From Synechococcus sp. (lineage in GTDB: Bacteria > Cyanobacteriota > Cyanobacteriia > Thermostichales > PCC-7336), in the NCBI GenBank assembly GCA_051439425.1, contig JBFRWD010000048.1, positions 1-12,106 on the forward strand: 12,106 nucleotides of DNA, given 5' to 3'. The number at the start of each line of letters is the position of its first letter. Position 1 is the stretch's first letter. Of this stretch, positions 7,649-12,106 are shown one piece after another. The notes beneath the pieces are model-generated. The model was given only the letters and a program-made list of their open reading frames with translations. It made no database searches and was not told the DNA's origin. A program made the translations under genes and the position numbers.

Positions 7649-7746
7649 ATATAGCAATATCGCAAGCGCTAGATCGTTAGGCGGCGCTTCAGACGACTTC
7701 AGATATCAAGGCTGAGACTATTCTGCCATTGCTGGATTGCGAAGCT
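7649..7746. repeat. Probable degenerate third copy of the ~106-nt dispersed repeat
   Basis: Begins atatagcaat (9/10 to copy 2). gcttca sits at the same offset (38) as in copy 2. The 3' part ggctgagactattctgccattgctggattgcgaagct aligns, with gaps, to copy 1 ggctagaatattctccctagctgattgcagaaagct. Confidence 0.45.
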
Positions 7747-7788
7747 CGGGAGGCTTTGACATCACGAACCTCAATCAAGGTCAATCTC

Positions 7789-8202
7789 ATGTCCAGAATG
7801 CAATCAATAGCAGCAGTAATAGCGATCGCATCCGTCTTAGGACTGGGGGGACAAGCAGCTGTCTCCGCCCAGAGTGTGTTGACGGATGGAGACGTCTTGC
7901 AAACAGCAAGCTTTATCGGCCAGAGCGACCATACTGTTAGCGGTAACGTTCGGTTGGTTCAAGATGGCGAAGTCTTCTATTTGGTACTAGGTGAAGACTT
8001 TCAGTTTGACGGTGCCCCCGATCCCCGCTTGGGCTTTTCCACCAATGATGAGTTTGATTCAAGCAGTATTTTCTCCAGCTTGAATCTAGACAGCGGCCAA
8101 CAGGTTTATCGCTTGCCCGCCACTCTCGATGTATCTCAATTCGATGAAGTGACGATTTGGTGCGAAAAGTTTGGCGTGCCTCTGGCTGAAGCAAAGTTCT
8201 GA
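7789..8202 (+). CDS. Secreted DM13 domain-containing protein
   Basis: Signal peptide (IAAVIAIASVLGLGGQAAVSA). DM13 pattern SFIGQSDHTVSGNV...DFQFDGAPD...GQQVYRLPATLDVSQFDEVTIWCEKFGV. ATG 7789 is preferred over TTG 7729. Confidence 0.88.
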   Translation: MSRMQSIAAVIAIASVLGLGGQAAVSAQSVLTDGDVLQTASFIGQSDHTVSGNVRLVQDGEVFYLVLGEDFQFDGAPDPRLGFSTNDEFDSSSIFSSLNLDSGQQVYRLPATLDVSQFDEVTIWCEKFGVPLAEAKF

Positions 8203-8456
8203 GGCTAGCTGAGTTCAGCAGTAGATCCGTTCTAAGCTGCTCGTCCAATTCCAATTGTTGGCTGTGAAAGGTCTTGGCAGGGCGTCATATCCTTGCCAAA
8301 ATCATATTTCCAACCCACCCAGACGGCAGCTTCAGTGGCCGTCCCGAGCTTCACTTCCTGCCAATTATCGAGGATGTGCTCTCTTGCGCTAGAGGTCTAG
8401 GCACGCCTAAGCCATTGGGCCACAATCATTGGCATACTTGCATAACAAGTGCCTCC

Positions 8457-8597
8457 TGCAATTCGGCCTCACCAGCATCGCCATCCCTAGCTGGTAGATG
8501 TGTGCTGTGGCAGTCAGATTGTGCATAAAGCGGTGAGCACGCTATCCCCACATTTCAGTAATGGCGGGCTCTCTCTGACTTGGCAGGCCGAATTGCA
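8457..8597. other. Structured element closed by a perfect 13-bp inverted repeat upstream of pyrC
   Basis: tgcaattcggcct (8457-8469) and aggccgaattgca (8585-8597) are exact reverse complements. Internal stems include accagc/gctggt and agtcaga/tctgact. Confidence 0.55.
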
Positions 8598-8628
8598 AGG
8601 TCGCAGATTCGCCCCATACCTGATAAAG

Positions 8629-9660
8629 ATGCAAACGCTGACGATTACTCGACCCGATGATTGGCACCTACATTTGCGCGACGGCGAGGCACTGAAGGCA
8701 GTGCTGCCCCACACTGCCCGCCAATTTGCTCGTGCAATTGTCATGCCGAATCTGAAGCCGCCTGTCCGCACCGTTGCCGAAGCCGCTGCTTATCGAGATC
8801 GCATCATCGCCGCTATTCCGGCCGGACTAGAGTTCCAGCCACTGATGACGCTATATCTGACGGACAACACCAGTCCCGAAGACATCCGTGCGGCCAAAGA
8901 CTCTCAATTCGTTAAAGCAGTGAAGTACTACCCCGCCGGAGCAACCACCAACTCGGACTCCGGCGTAACCAATATTCGCAACTGCGATCGCGTCTTTGAA
9001 ACAATGCAAGAGGTTGACCTACCGCTGCTACTCCACGGGGAAGTGACAGACTCTCGGGTAGACATGTTCGATCGCGAAAAAGTATTCATCGAAACACACC
9101 TCGTTCCCCTCAAACAGCGGTACCCTCAATTGCGGGTTGTCCTAGAGCACATCACCACTGCGGATGCCGTGCAGTTTGTCCTTTCGGCAGACACCATCGC
9201 TGCCACCATCACCCCCCAGCACCTGCTATTCAGCCGCAACATCATGTTTCAAGGGGGAATTCGCCCTCACTACTACTGCCTGCCCATATTGAAACGGGAA
9301 ATCCATCGACAAGCCTTGCTAGAAGCAGCCACTTCCGGCAACCCTAAGTTCTTTTTGGGCACCGACAGTGCCCCACACTCCCGAGATCGGAAAGAAACAT
9401 CCTGCGGCTGTGCGGGCTGCTTTTCCGCTCTGCACGCAATCGAGCTATACGCAGAAGCCTTTGAGAGCACCAATGCACTGGATAAGCTAGAAGCCTTTGC
9501 AAGCTTTTACGGACCAGATTTCTATCAACTTCCCCGCAATACCGAACGGATTACGTTAAATAAAACCTCTTGGCGCATCCCCGATGAGCTACCATTTGGC
9601 GACTCCGGGCTCGTGCCGTTACAAGCAGGTCAAGAGCTGACATGGAAAATGACTCAATGA
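8629..9660 (+). CDS. pyrC: Dihydroorotase (homodimeric, E. coli-like type)
   Basis: Motifs [73 protein letters not shown] and CGCAG. ATG 8629 is the homologous start; the track's GTG 8500 extension is unlikely. Confidence 0.97.
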   Translation: MQTLTITRPDDWHLHLRDGEALKAVLPHTARQFARAIVMPNLKPPVRTVAEAAAYRDRIIAAIPAGLEFQPLMTLYLTDNTSPEDIRAAKDSQFVKAVKYYPAGATTNSDSGVTNIRNCDRVFETMQEVDLPLLLHGEVTDSRVDMFDREKVFIETHLVPLKQRYPQLRVVLEHITTADAVQFVLSADTIAATITPQHLLFSRNIMFQGGIRPHYYCLPILKREIHRQALLEAATSGNPKFFLGTDSAPHSRDRKETSCGCAGCFSALHAIELYAEAFESTNALDKLEAFASFYGPDFYQLPRNTERITLNKTSWRIPDELPFGDSGLVPLQAGQELTWKMTQ

Positions 9661-9674
9661 CTGGAATCCAAAGC

Positions 9675-9704
9675 GATCGGATAGCTGTAGAGATCGATCC
9701 GATC
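9675..9704. terminator. Hairpin between convergent genes (possible bidirectional terminator or 3' stabiliser)
   Basis: gatcggat (9675-9682) / atccgatc (9697-9704) form a perfect 8-bp stem in the 49-nt gap. No U-tract. Confidence 0.35.
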
Positions 9705-9709
9705 TCTCG

Positions 9710-10105
9710 TCATTTGGCAAGCCGCCAGGCAAAGTAGGCAACAGCTGCAACCCATGCCAAACGGACAGCGATACTAAACCGCGAATATCGCAATCGCAAC
9801 TGCTCGCGCTGCACGGGGAATGGCAGTTCCCCTTTCCAAAAACGATTGGCATTGAGGCCAAACTGATAAATTTTTGAATCAGTCCGCACTCGCAGAACAT
9901 AGCCAGGAATGAACATTTGTCGAGTTGAAAACAAGACGGCTTCTCGAATATCTGAATAGCTGATGTGCCAATCACCACATTCCAAACTCTCAGTTGTAAT
10001 TCGAAGTATTCCTCGACGTGACATGAGCCAGTTCTGAGAGTAGCGAATATCTTCTCCCTCCGCTGTTGTACCTTTTGTCATGCATTTGTGAAGCGTTTCT
10101 GGCAT
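9710..10105 (-). CDS. Hypothetical protein, beta-rich (possibly PH-like) domain with a C-terminal transmembrane anchor
   Basis: 131-aa ATG ORF filling the gap. 'RRGILRITTESLECG...ISYSDIREAVL...VLRVRTDSKIYQFGL' resembles PH/GRAM-type strands. The C-terminus IAVRLAWVAAVAYFAWRLAK is hydrophobic. Confidence 0.72.
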   Translation of the reverse strand: MPETLHKCMTKGTTAEGEDIRYSQNWLMSRRGILRITTESLECGDWHISYSDIREAVLFSTRQMFIPGYVLRVRTDSKIYQFGLNANRFWKGELPFPVQREQLRLRYSRFSIAVRLAWVAAVAYFAWRLAK

Positions 10106-10408
10106 GGTGTGTCGTGTGAGGCAGTTATCATTCCAGTCGGAGGAACATCCCTAAGGTTGACCGACTCTTGTAGATTTATTCAAACGATTGGCTCTATACG
10201 AATTGCAAAAAGGTGATGTGCAAGGACGAGCGAGCCATTTCCACATCACTTTCACCACACCGGAATTATTGAAGGACGGCCAATCCGGCCAATTATGGAC
10301 TTCTCATTACAAGTACGATGAGCAAATCATTTACGCCGGAATATAAAGCCCTGTGAAACCGGGTGTAACGTCCCGGGTAACTTTTGGTTGCAGTGTCATC
10401 CCCACTCA

Positions 10409-10882
10409 ATGATGAAAAATCCCCTTCTAATGTTCGGAGCCTGTGCTGTGGGATTAGCTCTCACCGCAGCGGTACCGCACGACGCTGAGGCACAACAAGT
10501 CAACGTTGATTGCTCTCGGGCCAATTACTCAGGGGACTACTGCGACTTTGTTTTACCCCCCCGCTTCAATCCCGATCCCGTCACCGGAACCGGCGTCTCG
10601 GGTGGCCCCGATTACACAAACGACTGTGGCTACGTCGATACAACCCCCGACCACATCGTTACAGTGACCAAAGGTTTTTCGTATCTGCGTGCTTACGTTG
10701 ATTCGCCTGGAGATGTGACCCTACTCGTTACCGGCCCCGATGGTCGCTTCTGCCGCGACGACGTTAACGGCCTGCTCCCTGTTCTATACGGCTCTTGGCC
10801 CCCCGGCACCTACAACATCTGGATTGGTGATTGGAACAACAGCAATCATCCCTACACCTTGTACTTGACTGAGATTCAGTAA
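10409..10882 (+). CDS. Secreted hypothetical protein with a PPC-like (pre-peptidase C-terminal) beta-sandwich domain
   Basis: Signal peptide MMKNPLLMFGACAVGLALTAAVPHDAEA|Q. Pattern 'CGYV...PDHIVTV...YLR..V.S.GD.TLLVTGPDG.FC.DD....P.L.G.WPPGTY.IWIG'. ATG 10409/10412 is preferred over TTG 10388. Confidence 0.78.
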   Translation: MMKNPLLMFGACAVGLALTAAVPHDAEAQQVNVDCSRANYSGDYCDFVLPPRFNPDPVTGTGVSGGPDYTNDCGYVDTTPDHIVTVTKGFSYLRAYVDSPGDVTLLVTGPDGRFCRDDVNGLLPVLYGSWPPGTYNIWIGDWNNSNHPYTLYLTEIQ

Positions 10883-10888
10883 CCAGAT

Positions 10889-10994
10889 CTATAGCAATCC
10901 GCTGTAAGGTCTGGAGAGTGGAAATGCTTCAAAGCCTTGATTTGCAAGCAGAGATGCTCGGAAAACCTTCCATAGCGGATTGCCGATTGCTGTA
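10889..10994. repeat. Small dispersed repeat / MITE-like element, copy 2 (~106 nt)
   Basis: Aligns without gaps to 264-369. Terminal pairing tatagcaatc/gattgctgta; alternative long stem gcaatccgctgt-aaggt / acctt-cc-atagcggattgc. Confidence 0.8.
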
Positions 10995-11098
10995 TGTTGG
11001 CTCAACCCTAGGACGTTAAGCTTGACGCTTGCCCAAATCGGTTCCTGCTCAACTCGCCCGAGCACTGATGCAGCGACAACACAACTAAACGATCGCTT

Positions 11099-11132
11099 TG
11101 AGGGCCGAGACTCGTACTGTTCTCGGCCTTCA
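11099..11132. other. Strong hairpin upstream of cobH
   Basis: tgagggccgaga / tctcggccttca form a 12-bp stem (one G-U pair) with a 10-nt loop. No U-tract. Confidence 0.55.
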
Positions 11133-11236
11133 GTGTTGCAAGTCCGCTTGAAACATGGGCTGAAAACTTCCCGTTCTGACAGTCCCGTTCCTGAAAACTC
11201 TCGCTATGCTCGGAAACACAAGCGCAACATCGAACT

Positions 11237-11884
11237 TTGAGTTTACCGATCGTAACCGTGCATCCCATTACAGCAGCCAGTTTTGCAGCAATCGATCGCG
11301 AAATCGGCCCCCATTCGTGGTCAGAACAGGAGTACGCCATCGTTCGACGCGCCATACATTCCACTGCAGACTTCGAACTCAAGCACCTATTTCAATTCAG
11401 CAACGACGCGATCTTGTCCGGTATTCGTGCCATTCAGGCTGGGACTCCAGTTGTGGTCGATGTACGGATGGTAGAAGCGGGCGTCACAACCGCTCTGTCT
11501 CGCAGTCAATGCCAGTTACACTGCGCGATCTCCCACGCCCCTGCTAGAAGCCCGGCTCCAAACGTCTCCAACGCCAATTCCACAGGCTTAACCCGGACTG
11601 CAGCCGGTATGCGATCGCTAGCCGTGAAATATCCGAACAGTGTATTCGTAGTCGGCAATGCCCCAACCGCTCTGCTGGAACTGGTGAAATTGATCGATGC
11701 ACAGGAGATCGCACCCGCACTGATTGTGGGAGTCCCAGTCGGGTTTATTTCTGTCGAGCAAGCTAAAGCCGCTTTGGCAGACGTGCATGTTCCGCAAATT
11801 GCGGTGCAAGGGCGAAAAGGAGGCTCGCCGATCGCAGCAGCGATTGTCAATGCACTAGTCGAGTTGGCCCATACTCGTGAATAA
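11237..11884 (+). CDS. cobH: Precorrin-8X methylmutase (CobH/CbiC)
   Basis: Motifs HPITAASFAAIDREIG, IVRRAIHSTADFE, VVDVRMV, TRTAAG, VVGNAPTAL, LIVGVPVGF and GRKGGSPIAAAIVNAL. TTG start. Confidence 0.95.
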   Translation: MSLPIVTVHPITAASFAAIDREIGPHSWSEQEYAIVRRAIHSTADFELKHLFQFSNDAILSGIRAIQAGTPVVVDVRMVEAGVTTALSRSQCQLHCAISHAPARSPAPNVSNANSTGLTRTAAGMRSLAVKYPNSVFVVGNAPTALLELVKLIDAQEIAPALIVGVPVGFISVEQAKAALADVHVPQIAVQGRKGGSPIAAAIVNALVELAHTRE

Positions 11885-12106
11885 GCTAACTGTGGTAGGC
11901 ATCGGGCTCGATGGGTTAGACGGATTGTCTACCTCTGTGCGATCGCTTCTAGAATGCAGTGTGGCGATCGCCGGCCCCACATCTCACCTCAATCGCGTGT
12001 CATCTTGCCAGGGACGCAAACTTCAACTTCCCAAAGCAGTTCAAGAATGGCCAGAATGCCTTCATCAAGCACTACAAACCTCCGATGTCACACTCCTCGC
12101 CACAGG
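11877..12106 (+). CDS. cbiE: Precorrin-6Y C5,15-methyltransferase CbiE/CobL, 5' partial (runs off the window)
   Basis: Not in the ORF track. GTG at 11877 overlaps the cobH stop by 8 nt. Translation MNKLTVVGIGLDGLDGLSTSVRSLL...AIAGPTSHL...DVTLLATG shows the VVGIG.DG and LA(T/S)G(DP) motifs of tetrapyrrole methylases. The frame is open to the edge. Confidence 0.88.
   Translation, partial: MNKLTVVGIGLDGLDGLSTSVRSLLECSVAIAGPTSHLNRVSSCQGRKLQLPKAVQEWPECLHQALQTSDVTLLAT

Larger units (their letters stand above)
1400..11971. repeat. HIP1 octamer GCGATCGC, 11 dispersed perfect copies
   Basis: Starts at 1400, 4065, 4501, 5291, 5348, 6963, 7822, 8984, 11611, 11939 and 11964, plus many one-mismatch variants. 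Well under one copy would be expected by chance in 12 kb. Confidence 0.9.

Noticed and set aside
8500..8628. 43-aa N-terminal extension of PyrC (and similar extensions of the ATPase, PuuE, DM13 and PPC-like ORFs)
   Set aside because: Family homology or signal peptides begin at downstream ATGs, so the extensions are longest-ORF artefacts.
6497..9660. puuE-DM13-pyrC as a coordinated nucleobase ring-hydrolysis cluster
   Set aside because: puuE is divergent, the gaps are long (about 360 and 430 nt), and the pathways (purine catabolism versus pyrimidine synthesis) are unrelated. Nothing beyond proximity supports a link.
10995..11236. Cobalamin riboswitch upstream of cobH
   Set aside because: The conserved B12-element boxes were not found; only a generic hairpin is present (reported separately).
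16..11850. Numerous short overlapping ORFs in the track (e.g. 16-282, 1225-1740, 4560-5054, 4842-5267, 6090-6563, 8274-8528, 9619-9978, 10980-11240, 11008-11382)
   Set aside because: They are shadow or antisense frames of well-supported genes, or ORFs running through repeats, with no recognisable motifs and atypical composition.

Overview
This is a chromosomal window from a cyanobacterium: there are 11 perfect HIP1 octamers (GCGATCGC) in 12.1 kb and the genes are cyanobacterial in type. It is mostly a mosaic of unrelated housekeeping and small exported-protein genes. In order: a partial ORF start, a Ycf46-like AAA+ ATPase, a HemY-type protoporphyrinogen oxidase, smpB, a stand-alone MnmC-type methyltransferase, a secreted PsbP-like protein, a small membrane protein, allantoinase PuuE, a DM13 protein, pyrC, a tail-anchored hypothetical, a secreted PPC-like protein, cobH, and the 5' part of cbiE/cobL, which the ORF track missed. 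I see no transposase, integrase, CRISPR array, tRNA/rRNA or recognisable defence system, and no convincing new multi-gene system. The most interesting signals are non-coding. (i) A ~106-nt self-complementary dispersed element has two clear copies (264-369, 10889-10994) and a probable third, degenerate copy (7649-7746). (ii) A multi-stem region closed by a perfect 13-bp inverted repeat lies just upstream of pyrC. (iii) A strong hairpin and ~15-nt repeats lie upstream of cobH-cbiE without a canonical B12 riboswitch. All protein assignments come from motif recognition by eye, with no database search.
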